Assembly (NCBI GenBank): GCA_033813635.1
Contig: JAPXRI010000009.1
Span: 2,858 to 66,857 of the forward strand
Length of the DNA: 64,000 nt
Reading direction: 5' to 3'
DNA from: Bacillota bacterium
GTDB lineage: Bacteria > Bacillota > Clostridia > Oscillospirales > QAMX01
Part shown: piece by piece, positions 28,277 to 37,958 of the stretch
How positions within the stretch are numbered: position 1 is the stretch's first letter
Layout of the letters: every line of letters starts with the position of its first letter
Notes under the pieces: generated by a model
The model's input: the letters and a program-made list of their open reading frames with translations, nothing else
Database searches by the model: none
What the model was told of the DNA's origin: nothing
Program-made: the position numbers and the translations under genes

Positions 28277-29212
28277 TTATATCATGTTCGACGAGCCGAG
28301 GACGTCTCTGATCTTGCGCGCGACGAGGCCCTTGATCGCGGTTCTGGCCGGTCCGAGATACTTTCTCGGGTCGAAATCTTCGGGGTGCTCGTTGAAGTAT
28401 TTGCGAATCGACGCGGTCATCGCGAGGCGGAGGTCCGAGTCGATGTTGATCTTGCAGACGGCCATCTTCGCTGCCTGGCGTAGCATATCCTCCGGGATGC
28501 CAATGGCGTCGGGCATTTTTCCGCCGTTCTCGTTGATGTCCTTAACGAATTCGGGGATAACGGAGCTGGCGCCGTGCAGGACGATCGGGAAGCCCGGGAG
28601 CTTTTCCTGGACCTTTTCAAGGATGTCGAAGCGGAGTCTCGGCTTCTGTCCGGGTTTAAACTTATAAGCGCCGTGGCTGGTGCCGATGGCGATTGCCAGC
28701 GAGTCGACGCCGGTCCTCTCGACAAACTCCTGAACCTCGCCCGGATCCGTGAACTGCGCGTCCTCGTCGCTGACGTTGACGGCGTCCTCAATGCCGGCAA
28801 GCTTGCCCAGCTCGCCCTCGACGACGACGCCTCTGGCGTGGGCGTAATCGACGACCTTCTTCGTGAGCGCGATGTTGTCTTCGAACGAATGCTTGGAACC
28901 GTCTATCATAACAGAGGTGAATCCGCCGTCTATGCAGGATTTGCAGATTTCAAAATCCTCGCCGTGGTCGAGGTGGACGCAGATCGGAAGGTCGGTGTCG
29001 ATGACCGCGGCCTCGATCAGCTTCATCAGGTACACATGCTTGGCGTATTTTCTCGCGCCGGCGGACACCTGGAGAATCAGGGGGGATCTCTCTTCCTTAG
29101 CGGCCTCGGTGATTCCCTGGATGATCTCCATATTGTTTACGTTGAAAGCACCGATGGCGTAGCCGCCGGCATACGCTTTCTTGAACATTTCGGTTGAAGT
29201 TACTAACGGCAT
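28277..29212 (-). CDS. fba: Class II fructose-1,6-bisphosphate aldolase
   Basis: MPLVTSTEMFKKAYAGGYAIGAFNVNNMEIIQG..., LDHG and VLHGASS motifs. 311 aa. Confidence 0.92.
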   Translation of the reverse strand: MPLVTSTEMFKKAYAGGYAIGAFNVNNMEIIQGITEAAKEERSPLILQVSAGARKYAKHVYLMKLIEAAVIDTDLPICVHLDHGEDFEICKSCIDGGFTSVMIDGSKHSFEDNIALTKKVVDYAHARGVVVEGELGKLAGIEDAVNVSDEDAQFTDPGEVQEFVERTGVDSLAIAIGTSHGAYKFKPGQKPRLRFDILEKVQEKLPGFPIVLHGASSVIPEFVKDINENGGKMPDAIGIPEDMLRQAAKMAVCKINIDSDLRLAMTASIRKYFNEHPEDFDPRKYLGPARTAIKGLVARKIRDVLGSSNMI

Positions 29213-29265
29213 TTATTCGCATCTCCTTGGTTTTTTGGATATTATAGTCTTTTTGCCTCAATATG

Positions 29266-30672
29266 TCAAATCTTTTTTATCGTGTAGAAAGCCTTGGCCG
29301 CCTTATGCATCATATAAACGTCCAGCTTTGCCGAGATTTCGAACGGGGCGTGCATTGAGAGCAGCGGAACGCCTATATCGACGGTGTCGATGTTGCGCTT
29401 TGCCATGTACTTCGCCACCGTGCCGCCGCCGCCCTGATCCACCTTTCCGAGCTCGCCCATCTGCCAGAGGACGCCGTTCTGGTTGAAAACCTTTCTTACC
29501 GCTGACACCAGCTCGGCGCTGGCGTCGCTGGCCGAGGACTTGCCGGCCGCGCCGGTGTATTTTACAAGGTGCGCGCCGCCGTTGACATAGGCGGTGTTTC
29601 TTTTCTCGTAGACATCCGGGAAATTCGGGTCATAGGCCGCGCCCACGTCAGCCGACAGGCAGGCCGAGTTCTCATAGCACTCCCGCAGCGAAACTCCCTG
29701 CGCGGTGCAGAGATCGGAAAAGAACGTGTCGAACCAGTCGGACTGCATGCCGCTGACGCCCTCCGAGCCGATCTCCTCCTTGTCCGCGAGGATGCAGACC
29801 GACGTGCGCTCCGGAACCTCTTCGCTGTTGAGCAGCGCGGTCAGCGTGGTGTACGCGCAGACCCTGTCGTCCTGCCCGTAAGCGCCGATGAAGCTCTTGT
29901 CGATGCCCACGTCCCGGCTTTTGCTCGCCGGCACCAGCGAAAGCTCCGCCGAGAGGAAGTCGGCCTCCGTGATGCCGTACTTCTCGTTTAAAAGGCTCAT
30001 AACAGCGAGCTTTACCCGGTCGGAGCCCTCGTCGTTATATGGCGCGCCGCCCACAAGCACGTTCAGATTTTCGCCGGTGAACGCCGCCGAAAGGGTCTTT
30101 TGGGACTGGTCCTTCGCCAGGTGGGGCAAAAGGTCTGTAATCACCAGCACCGGCTCGTCATCCCTTGCGCCGATCGACACGTCCACCTTTTCGCCGTTTT
30201 CCTTAAAGACCACGCCGTGCAGCTCGAGGGGGATCGTCACCCACTGGTATTTGCGGATGCCGCCGTAGTAATGGGTCTTGAAAAACGCCATGTCCGAGTC
30301 CTCGTAGAGCGGATAGGGCTTTAAATCGAGGCGGGGCGCATCAATGTGGGAGGCCGCTATTACCGCGCCCTCCGAGAGCGGTTTTTCGCCGATATGGGCG
30401 GCGATAAACGCCTTTCCCCGGTTGGACGCGTAGACCTTGTCCCCGGCCTTCAGCGCCATACCGCGCCTGTAGGGCGTATAGCCCGCCGCCTTAGCCATCA
30501 CCTCTGCGGCGAGCACCGCCTCGCGCTCGGTCTTCGCCTTATCCAGAAACGCCTTATACCCCGCCGAGTAATCCTCGCAGGCCACCGAGTCCTCCGGCGT
30601 CACCTTGTCGTAACCGTTTTTCCGGCATTGCAGAAGCTTCTCCCGCAGTTCCTTGTTTTCCGATTCAGCCAT
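29266..30672 (-). CDS. M18 family aminopeptidase
   Basis: 468 aa. HIDAPRLDLKP, ADKEEIGSEG and SMHAPFE motifs. Confidence 0.8.
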   Translation of the reverse strand: MAESENKELREKLLQCRKNGYDKVTPEDSVACEDYSAGYKAFLDKAKTEREAVLAAEVMAKAAGYTPYRRGMALKAGDKVYASNRGKAFIAAHIGEKPLSEGAVIAASHIDAPRLDLKPYPLYEDSDMAFFKTHYYGGIRKYQWVTIPLELHGVVFKENGEKVDVSIGARDDEPVLVITDLLPHLAKDQSQKTLSAAFTGENLNVLVGGAPYNDEGSDRVKLAVMSLLNEKYGITEADFLSAELSLVPASKSRDVGIDKSFIGAYGQDDRVCAYTTLTALLNSEEVPERTSVCILADKEEIGSEGVSGMQSDWFDTFFSDLCTAQGVSLRECYENSACLSADVGAAYDPNFPDVYEKRNTAYVNGGAHLVKYTGAAGKSSASDASAELVSAVRKVFNQNGVLWQMGELGKVDQGGGGTVAKYMAKRNIDTVDIGVPLLSMHAPFEISAKLDVYMMHKAAKAFYTIKKI

Positions 30673-30702
30673 TTTCTATGACCATTCCTTTCATAGGCTA
30701 TT

Positions 30703-31323
30703 TCAAGCATTTCGCTTTTTCGCTTCTTCCGCGGCCGCCAGCTTTGAAAGCGTCTCCTCAAGGCTTGCCGACAGCTCGTCGAGCGTTCCGTTGTTGACGA
30801 TGATGTAATCGCAGTGCTTTCTGTAGAAATCGTTGTCTTTCTGCGCCGAAATCCGCTTCATCGCCTCGGCCTTCGACAGCGCGTCCCTGATCATTATGCG
30901 GTACGCCCTCGTCTCGTCGTCGGCGACCACGCCGATTACAGCCGTGCAGAGCTTCGTCATCCCGCTCTCGATCAGCGCCACGGCCTCAATCGCGATTTTG
31001 CCGCTGTCGGACGTGTCTATGATTTCCATAACCCTTTCCGTTATGCGCCTGTGGGTGATGCTGTTCAGGTCGGAAAGCGCTTCCTTGTCGTTAAAGACAA
31101 TCTGAGCCAAAAGCCTTCTGTCGATCCGCTCCTCAGGCGTCAGAATCTGTGTCCCGAACCGGTTGATCAGCTTCTGCCTCAGCGGCTTGTCGCTGGACAG
31201 CAGCGCGTGGTAGACCTTGTCGCAGTCGATGAACAAAAATCCCCTGCTCTCGAGCATGTGCCCTACCGTCGAAGTACCGCTTCCCGAACCGCCCGTAATA
31301 CCAAGAATAATCAGGAAAATCAC
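30703..31323 (-). CDS. coaE: Dephospho-CoA kinase
   Basis: P-loop GITGGSGSGTSTV. 206 aa. Confidence 0.85.
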   Translation of the reverse strand: MIFLIILGITGGSGSGTSTVGHMLESRGFLFIDCDKVYHALLSSDKPLRQKLINRFGTQILTPEERIDRRLLAQIVFNDKEALSDLNSITHRRITERVMEIIDTSDSGKIAIEAVALIESGMTKLCTAVIGVVADDETRAYRIMIRDALSKAEAMKRISAQKDNDFYRKHCDYIIVNNGTLDELSASLEETLSKLAAAEEAKKRNA

Positions 31324-31324
31324 C

Positions 31325-32341
31325 TCATTTCAGGTAGATGATGTCAAAGCCCGCCGCTTTTTTAATCCGGTTTGCCACCGCCAGGCCGATCCCGGCGTCG
31401 CTCGGGCACTGGATGAAAATCCGCTTCGTGTTCGCGGTGTCCGCGGCCCTGAGCGCTGCAAAAAGCCCGTGGGCGAGGGTTTTCATGTCCCCCTCGTCGC
31501 CGTAGGGGAAGGTGGGCAGTTTTCCGAACACCCCTGAAAAGCCCCGGTAGCAGATGACCGCGTCGTCCTGCCGGGCGTTTTCCCTGATATACTCCGCGCT
31601 CTTCGCTCCGTCGCCGCATACGGCCTTGACCGGGCAGCGGGGCGCGTAATGCCTGTACTTCATACCCGGCGCGGAGACCTTTTCGGTATCGCTGATTTTC
31701 TGCGTGACCGCCCGGTCGATATCCACCTGTCCCAAGATCGCCGTCAGCTGCTCGTGGGTGATGCCCCCAGGCCGGAGCAACCTCGGCCTCTCGCCTATAA
31801 GGGAGACGACCGTGGACTCGACGCCCACGCCGCACTCTCCGCCGTCGACGACCGCGTCGATTTTCCCGTCAAGGTCCGAAAGCACATGCGCCGCGCAGGT
31901 CGGGCTCGGCGAGCCGGATTTGTTGGCAGACGGCGCCGCGAGAGGCACGCCCGCGGCCTTTATTATCTCGTGCGCCACCGGGTGCGAGGGAAATCTCACC
32001 GCGACGTTGGGAAGTCCCGCGGTCACCTCGTCCGGAACGCAGTCCTTCTTTTTTAAAACGATCGTCAGCGGCCCCGGCCAGAAGGCGGAGGCCAGCTTGT
32101 ACGCCTCTGGCGGGATGTCCCGGCAGAGGGTTTCGAGCTGGCCGATCTCCCAGATATGGACGATCAGCGGGTTGTCCTGGGGCCTCCCCTTCGCCTCGAA
32201 GATCTTTTTTATCGCCGCGGGGTCGAAGGCGTTCGCCGCGAGTCCGTAGACAGTCTCCGTGGGTATCGCGACGATTCCGCCGTTTTTCAGAATTTTTCCC
32301 GCAAGCTCCGTGTCGCCGCGGGAAAGCCTTTGCGTGTTCAC
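31325..32341 (-). CDS. tsaC: L-threonylcarbamoyladenylate synthase (Sua5/YwlC type, with Sua5 C-terminal domain)
   Basis: IVAIPTETVYGLAANA, KGRPQDNPLIVH, SANKSGSPSPT. 338 aa. Confidence 0.88.
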   Translation of the reverse strand: MNTQRLSRGDTELAGKILKNGGIVAIPTETVYGLAANAFDPAAIKKIFEAKGRPQDNPLIVHIWEIGQLETLCRDIPPEAYKLASAFWPGPLTIVLKKKDCVPDEVTAGLPNVAVRFPSHPVAHEIIKAAGVPLAAPSANKSGSPSPTCAAHVLSDLDGKIDAVVDGGECGVGVESTVVSLIGERPRLLRPGGITHEQLTAILGQVDIDRAVTQKISDTEKVSAPGMKYRHYAPRCPVKAVCGDGAKSAEYIRENARQDDAVICYRGFSGVFGKLPTFPYGDEGDMKTLAHGLFAALRAADTANTKRIFIQCPSDAGIGLAVANRIKKAAGFDIIYLK

Positions 32342-32426
32342 TTAAATTAATCTCCATTTCCGGGTTTCCCGGCAGTAAATGTCGGCAAAAAAGGCACAAT
32401 TCGCCGCCTAAAAGCGCCTGCCGGGT

Positions 32427-33494
32427 TTATTTTTCCGCCATGGCGAGCCTTTCCGCCTGTTCGGCGGTGATCAGCGCGTCGATAATCTCGTCCATCTCGC
32501 CGTTCAAAAAGCTCTCCAGCTTGTACAGCGTCAACCCTATGCGGTGGTCGGTCACTCTGCCCTGGGGGTAATTGTAAGTCCTGATGCGCTCGCTCCTGTC
32601 CCCCGTCCCCACCTGGCTGCGCCTCTCCGCCGCGATCTCGGCGTTCTTCTCGGACTGGTATTTATCGTACAGCTTCGTGCGGAGAAGCTTCATCGCCCTG
32701 TCCTTGTTCTTGTACTGGCTCCGCTCGTCCTGGCACTCCACGACTATGCCGGTGGGTATGTGCGTGATTCTGATCGCGGACTCGGTCTTATTGACGTGCT
32801 GTCCGCCCGCGCCGCCGGAACGGTAGGTGTCGATCTGCAGATCGCTCGGATTGATCTCCACCTCGACCTCCTCGGCCTCCGGCAGAACGGCCACCGTAAC
32901 GGTAGACGTGTGTATGCGCCCGGACGCCTCCGTCTCCGGCACCCGCTGGACACGGTGGACGCCGCTCTCGAATTTCAGCCTCGAGTACGCGCCCTCGCCG
33001 TCGATTGAGAACGACACCTCCTTGAAGCCGCCGAGCTCCGTCTCGTTTGCGTAGAGCTGCTCGAAATGCCAGTGCTTCAGGTCGGAGTACATGCCGTACA
33101 TGCGGTATAGAACCGCGGCAAAAAGGGCCGCCTCCTCGCCGCCCGCGCCGCCGCGGATTTCAACGATGACGTTTTTGCTGTCGTTGGGATCCTTCGGCAG
33201 CAAAAGGAGCTTTAAGCGGTCATTGAGCTCCTGCATTTTGTTCTTTGAAGTCTCCATCTCCTCCTGGGCAAGTTCCTTTAAATCATGGTCCTCGCCGGAC
33301 AATATCTCAAGGGCTTCGTTCGCCTCCCGCTCGGCCCTTTTATACTCCCGGTAGGTCTCCACCACCTCGGACATCTCCTTGCGCTCCTTTGAGAGCTCGG
33401 TAAACCTCGCGAGGTCGCTGTACACCGCCGGGTCCGCCAGCAGGGCTTCTATTTCGTCGTATCTCTGCTCAAGCAGAGCAAGTTTTTCAAACAT
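32427..33494 (-). CDS. prfA: Peptide chain release factor 1
   Basis: GGQ motif ([15 protein letters not shown]) and PET-type RF1 tripeptide region (RVPETE). Confidence 0.95.
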   Translation of the reverse strand: MFEKLALLEQRYDEIEALLADPAVYSDLARFTELSKERKEMSEVVETYREYKRAEREANEALEILSGEDHDLKELAQEEMETSKNKMQELNDRLKLLLLPKDPNDSKNVIVEIRGGAGGEEAALFAAVLYRMYGMYSDLKHWHFEQLYANETELGGFKEVSFSIDGEGAYSRLKFESGVHRVQRVPETEASGRIHTSTVTVAVLPEAEEVEVEINPSDLQIDTYRSGGAGGQHVNKTESAIRITHIPTGIVVECQDERSQYKNKDRAMKLLRTKLYDKYQSEKNAEIAAERRSQVGTGDRSERIRTYNYPQGRVTDHRIGLTLYKLESFLNGEMDEIIDALITAEQAERLAMAEK

Positions 33495-33532
33495 ATACTT
33501 CTAAATCGGTTTCCTTTCAGATGAGAGATAGA

Positions 33533-34651
33533 TCAGGACGCCGAGATATTCGCCGTCCCGTTGACGTAGGAGACAAAGGTCTGTCCCCTGTTTATTTTCA
33601 GCACCTCTCCGTTTTCCGTAAACAGCTTCAGCGGCGCGGTCTCGCTCGCCTTCGACCATTTGATCGGTACGGAGACGCCGTTTGTCGCGTAAATCCCCGT
33701 GCCGGAGCCCACGTCCTCAAAATTCCTGTGGCCCGAGCTGTCGCCGGAATTGGCGGACGGCACGGACAGCACGATCACATTCTTAAAGGTCAGCGCCGTG
33801 TTCGTTTCCGAATCCTTCTGCACCGAGCTGTACTCGTAGCGCGTGTACAGCTTTTTCGCCTCGTCATACTCGAAATACGGCTGGTAAGACCCGTATTTTG
33901 TGATAACCTTTTTCGCCGGGGCAGATCCGGGAACCGTGTCCTCGTCATAGAACGCAAACGGCGTCTCGTAGCCGTTCTTCAGCGTCAGCCTTGCCCCGGA
34001 GCTCTTCATCGCGGCCCCTTTTTTCTCAAGCTTCTGCCCGGTGGTAAACAGGCTGTGCTCGTACCCCGCTGCTTTCGAAACCGCGCTGTCCCGGTAGAAT
34101 ACCTCGCCCGCCGACAGGGCGTCGATATGGGTGTAGGAGTAATCGGACAGCATCGCAATCGCCTCCGTCGAGCCGCCCGCGTGCACGAACACCGCGTCGA
34201 ACCCCATCGCGATGTTCACCGAGACGGGACGGGCCGAGCGGATCGGCCCGAGCTTGGCGGCGTCCGACGGGTTTAAAAACAGCGCCAGCAGCCTTGTGAT
34301 GCCGCCCTCCACCTCATATTCGAAGATCACGTCAGCTTTCGATGTGCCGGCCTGGTACGGCTCGGCCACCTTTATGTTGTTGATTACCACTGCGTACACC
34401 CTCGCACCGCTCTCCTCACCGTCGGAAAGGGCGATCCCGGTCAGGTAGTTCACCTCTCCGGGCACCGGGGGCGCCGTGGTTTCAGCGGCCGTCTGGCTTG
34501 CGCTCGTCGTCCCGGCCTTTCCGGTATCGGAAATCTCCGTTAAAACGCTTGTCGAAGCCGGATCTTCGCCGCCGCAGCCGGCTAAAATCAGACCGAAAAA
34601 CGACACGCAGAGCAGAATCAGCGATAAGATCCCAAGCTTTCCACTTTTCAT
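33533..34651 (-). CDS. DUF3048 domain lipoprotein (YerB-like)
   Basis: Lipobox LAGCGG. Conserved ADVIFEYEVEGGITRLLALF. Confidence 0.75.
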   Translation of the reverse strand: MKSGKLGILSLILLCVSFFGLILAGCGGEDPASTSVLTEISDTGKAGTTSASQTAAETTAPPVPGEVNYLTGIALSDGEESGARVYAVVINNIKVAEPYQAGTSKADVIFEYEVEGGITRLLALFLNPSDAAKLGPIRSARPVSVNIAMGFDAVFVHAGGSTEAIAMLSDYSYTHIDALSAGEVFYRDSAVSKAAGYEHSLFTTGQKLEKKGAAMKSSGARLTLKNGYETPFAFYDEDTVPGSAPAKKVITKYGSYQPYFEYDEAKKLYTRYEYSSVQKDSETNTALTFKNVIVLSVPSANSGDSSGHRNFEDVGSGTGIYATNGVSVPIKWSKASETAPLKLFTENGEVLKINRGQTFVSYVNGTANISAS

Positions 34652-34689
34652 CTGGCTAACCCTCTTTAAATTTAAAAAAATCAGCGGTT

Positions 34690-35229
34690 TTACTGTGCCT
34701 CGTCCGAGTAGTCCTTCATCAGCGCGGTGAGGACTTCGTTGTATATCGCCTCGGCGTTTGCCCTGAAATTGTTTTCAAGCATCGCCGCCTGCTGTCTGTT
34801 GACAACCATCATGTCGATTTTTATTATTTCGCCCTGGTCGTCGTTCATTTTAAGGGTGGTAACAAAATAATTCGGGGAGACCTCCTTAGTCTCGCAGGAG
34901 ATCAGGCTGTTCCTTTTCCGCCTGGCCGCTGCGCGGAGAACCGCTCTCTGCGCGTCCCTCCTGACGCTGGCCGGCAGCCGGTTTTCAAAGCCCTCGAGCA
35001 CGTCCCTCCCCTTCTGCGATATCCTGTACAGCTCCCCGTTTTTCTCAACGTGCCCGCTCTCCACCATTTCGAAAAAAGCGTCGGAAATGTCAAAATAAGT
35101 GATCGCGCCGTCAACAAGCGCCGATTCGAGCACGTCGTCAAAGCTGACCTCCGCGTCAAGCGAAGCGAGAACAAATAAAAGCAGATATTTTACGTCCAGC
35201 TTATCCCTGAGATATCCCGTGTCACCCAT
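34690..35229 (-). CDS. DUF4364 family protein
   Basis: 179 aa. N-terminal LRDKLDVKYLLLFVL... is typical of DUF4364. Confidence 0.6.
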   Translation of the reverse strand: MGDTGYLRDKLDVKYLLLFVLASLDAEVSFDDVLESALVDGAITYFDISDAFFEMVESGHVEKNGELYRISQKGRDVLEGFENRLPASVRRDAQRAVLRAAARRKRNSLISCETKEVSPNYFVTTLKMNDDQGEIIKIDMMVVNRQQAAMLENNFRANAEAIYNEVLTALMKDYSDEAQ

Positions 35230-35263
35230 TTCGCCGCCTCCGCAACCGTTAAATCATATATCG

Positions 35264-36436
35264 TCAGTATTCAAGCCTTGAAGCTCCCTGACCCGCGCCG
35301 GAAACGTAGAAGTCTGGCTTAAGCCCCGTTTTCTCGGCGTAGCCCGCCGAGACCTCGGCGATAAAGCCCTCCACTGCCTCCGTCTTAACGACGCTCACCG
35401 TGCACCCGCCGAAGCCCGCGCCGGTCATTCTGCTGCCGGCGCAGCCGGGGTATTTCCTCGCCAGCTCGGACATCGCGTCCAGCTCCGGCCCGGTTACCTC
35501 GTACAGATCCTTTAAAGACATATGGGACTCGTTCAAAAGCCTGCCAAATCCCGCGATGTCGCCTTTTTTCAAAAGCGAAACGGAGGAGTGCACCCGCTCG
35601 TTTTCTGTCACCACGTGGATCACGCGCTTTTGCACGTTTTTATCGGAGATAAGGGGCAGCAGGGCCTCAAGCTCGCCGGAGCTGAGCTCGCACAGGTTTT
35701 TTAGGCCAGGCTTTTTCTCTCTGAACAGTTCGAGAGCCAGCTCGCACTCCCCTCTGCGCTCGTTGTACTTTGAGTCGGCGAGGCCGCGCTTTTTATTCGT
35801 GTTGCCGATCACAATACGGTAGCCCGCCATATTCAGCGGGACATGCTCGCAGCAGAGCGTCGCGCAGTCCAGCAGCATCCCGTGGCCGGCTCTGCCGTTG
35901 GCGCAGGCGTACTGGTCCATTATCCCGCAGTTCACCCCTACGAAGCGGTTTTCCGCCCGCTGGCACAGAAGCGCCACCTCCGGCATGCTCATCTCCGCGC
36001 CGCAGAGTCCGAGCGCCGCGACCGCCGTCGCCACCTCGATCGACGCAGAGGACGAGAGCCCGGCCCCGAACGGGAGCGTCGAGAAAAACAGCATGTCGCA
36101 GCCCGCGACGGGAATGCCCAGCTTTTTAAGCTCGTCGAACACCCCGAGCTGGTACGAGCCCCAGTTCTTGCCCTTTTTGGTCTCCAGAGCGTCGAGCCCG
36201 CAGGACACGATCAGCCCGCTTAAATCGTTTGCCGCCAGCCTTACCGTGTTGGTCCCGTTTAAGCGCGCCAGCACATAGTTTCCGAGCTCAAGGGTGGCCG
36301 GAAAAACGTACCCGCCGTTGTAATCGATATGCTCCCCGATCAGGTTTACCCTGCCCGGCGCAAAAAAAAGCTCCGGTTTCTCGCCGGTCCCGAATAGTTT
36401 AAAAAACAACTCCGTGCAAGCCGATATGTCAGTCAC
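35264..36436 (-). CDS. galK: Galactokinase
   Basis: GRVNLIGEHIDYNGG signature and GHMP kinase motif PFGAGLSSSAS. Confidence 0.93.
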   Translation of the reverse strand: MTDISACTELFFKLFGTGEKPELFFAPGRVNLIGEHIDYNGGYVFPATLELGNYVLARLNGTNTVRLAANDLSGLIVSCGLDALETKKGKNWGSYQLGVFDELKKLGIPVAGCDMLFFSTLPFGAGLSSSASIEVATAVAALGLCGAEMSMPEVALLCQRAENRFVGVNCGIMDQYACANGRAGHGMLLDCATLCCEHVPLNMAGYRIVIGNTNKKRGLADSKYNERRGECELALELFREKKPGLKNLCELSSGELEALLPLISDKNVQKRVIHVVTENERVHSSVSLLKKGDIAGFGRLLNESHMSLKDLYEVTGPELDAMSELARKYPGCAGSRMTGAGFGGCTVSVVKTEAVEGFIAEVSAGYAEKTGLKPDFYVSGAGQGASRLEY

Positions 36437-36676
36437 CCGAAACGCTCCTCCGATATCCGATTGAATGTCTTAATAGTGTTTAAACCGTTGGAAATCCTTT
36501 CCGCCTTTTTGTATTATAACATATAACGCAGATTTTGTGAATAGCGATTTTGTCCGCGAACGAAACCGGCCTTTCTCCGCCGGCGGAGTTCCCGGGTCCT
36601 CCTAAAACACCGGCGCTTAGGGTTTGAAAAAAGCTCCGCGATATTGTAAAATATAAAGAAAAAAGGAGTGGATAGC

Positions 36677-37015
36677 ATGCTCTCGGAAGTCAACCTTGAA
36701 GCCGGGATGCCGGCCGCAGATATCGCCGTACGCCGCCTCAAGGCCGCGATTTGCACCGAAAAGGCCCGCCGCACCGCCGCTTTCAAGGTCATCCACGGCT
36801 ACGGCTCCAGCGGCGTCGGCGGCAAAATACGCACCGAGGCAAGAAAATATCTCGATTCCTGTGTTCACAAGGGCTTAATCAAGTGCTATATTCCAGGTGA
36901 GAGCTTCTCGGTGTTCGACGAAAAAACGCGGAGCCTGCTTTCGCGCCTGCCCGACGCCGGGAAGGACCGGGATATCGACCGGTACAACAACGGGATTACG
37001 ATCGTCGTCCTGTAA
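36677..37015 (+). CDS. Smr domain protein
   Basis: VIHGYGSSGVGGKIR... is an Smr-like core. AAGGAG lies 8 nt before ATG at 36677. Confidence 0.55.
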   Translation: MLSEVNLEAGMPAADIAVRRLKAAICTEKARRTAAFKVIHGYGSSGVGGKIRTEARKYLDSCVHKGLIKCYIPGESFSVFDEKTRSLLSRLPDAGKDRDIDRYNNGITIVVL

Positions 37016-37152
37016 CCGGGCACCGCCCTTCCAATCGTTTTATCTTAATCCGGACGCGGGCGGAGATTTTGCCGATTTTTGAAATATCCGCGGATTATTT
37101 TGAAAAAGCCTATTTACAAATCCGTTTTGCCGTGGTATAATCCCACTCAAAG

Positions 37153-37266
37153 AATCTTTAAGACAGTACTGAGATGCTGGCAAGATTAATATCGTAAAAC
37201 CTCTACGGTTTATTATGCCGGGAGGGAGTGTAATCTTGCGGAGATTTCTTGCAAGGTTATTTTTTT
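37153..37266 (+). promoter_or_regulatory. PyrR-dependent transcription attenuator (binding loop, antiterminator, terminator)
   Basis: Binding hairpin AAUCUU-UAAGA-CAG-UACUGAGAUG-CUG-GC-AAGAUU (37153-37187) resembles the Bacillus PyrR loop (..UUUAA..CAGUCCAGAGAGGCUG..). GCAAGATTA (37180-88) can pair with TAATCTTGC (37231-39). Terminator AATCTTGC / GCAAGGTT (37232-58) is followed by a T-run. Confidence 0.7.
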
Positions 37267-37336
37267 ATGTTTAACTTTTACTTGGCCGTCCGTTTTCGGG
37301 ACAAAACGGCAAATTTGAAATCGGTGGTGACTGAGG

Positions 37337-37876
37337 ATGACCTATAAATCAAGAATCATGGACGCCGAGGCGCTTAACCGCGCGGTGGTCCGAATCTCTC
37401 ACGAGATCATCGAGAAAAATCACGGCACGCAGGATCTCTGCCTTATCGGCATCAGAAGGCGCGGCGTGCCGCTCGCGGGCCGCATGGCCGCGGTAATCGG
37501 GCAGACCGAGAACGTCTCCGTCCCGGTGGGCGTTCTCGATATAACCCTTTACAGGGACGATCTGACCTCCGTATCCGACTCCCCCACGGTCAACGCCACG
37601 GAAATTCCGTTCTCTGTATCCGGGAAGCGCGTGGTTTTGGTGGACGACGTGATATACACCGGCAGAACCGCCCGCGCGGCGATCGAGGCGCTTTTCTCGC
37701 TGGGAAGGCCCGCGTGTATCCAGCTCGCCGTGCTGATCGACCGTGGCCACAGGGAACTGCCCATCCGCCCGGATTTCGTCGGCAAGAACATACCCACCTC
37801 CCGCAGCGAAATGATCTGCGTCAACCTGCCAGAATTCGACGGCGAAACCGGCGTAACCCTTTACGACCTTATGTGA
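37337..37876 (+). CDS. pyrR: Bifunctional pyr mRNA-binding attenuation protein / uracil phosphoribosyltransferase
   Basis: 179 aa. PRPP motif VVLVDDVIYTGRT. The N-terminus aligns with B. subtilis PyrR. Confidence 0.92.
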   Translation: MTYKSRIMDAEALNRAVVRISHEIIEKNHGTQDLCLIGIRRRGVPLAGRMAAVIGQTENVSVPVGVLDITLYRDDLTSVSDSPTVNATEIPFSVSGKRVVLVDDVIYTGRTARAAIEALFSLGRPACIQLAVLIDRGHRELPIRPDFVGKNIPTSRSEMICVNLPEFDGETGVTLYDLM

Positions 37877-37958
37877 TTAAAAGTCATTGTCTTGCGCAAT
37901 AACTCTAAGCTGTTGCCCAAGACAATAACTTTATCAAAAATAAATTTCAGGAGGCGTC

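Noticed and set aside
32342-32426. Absence of prmC (hemK) between prfA and the sua5/tsaC gene.
   Set aside because: This is simple gene-order variation. The 85-bp gap has no gene remnant that I can see, so it is not evidence of anything unusual.
37886-37926. A second PyrR binding site or attenuator between pyrR and pyrP.
   Set aside because: There is a 9-bp inverted repeat (ATTGTCTTG / CAAGACAAT) with a 23-nt loop. It lacks the UUUAA...CAG-loop-CUG motif and has no U-tract, so it is recorded only as a hairpin.
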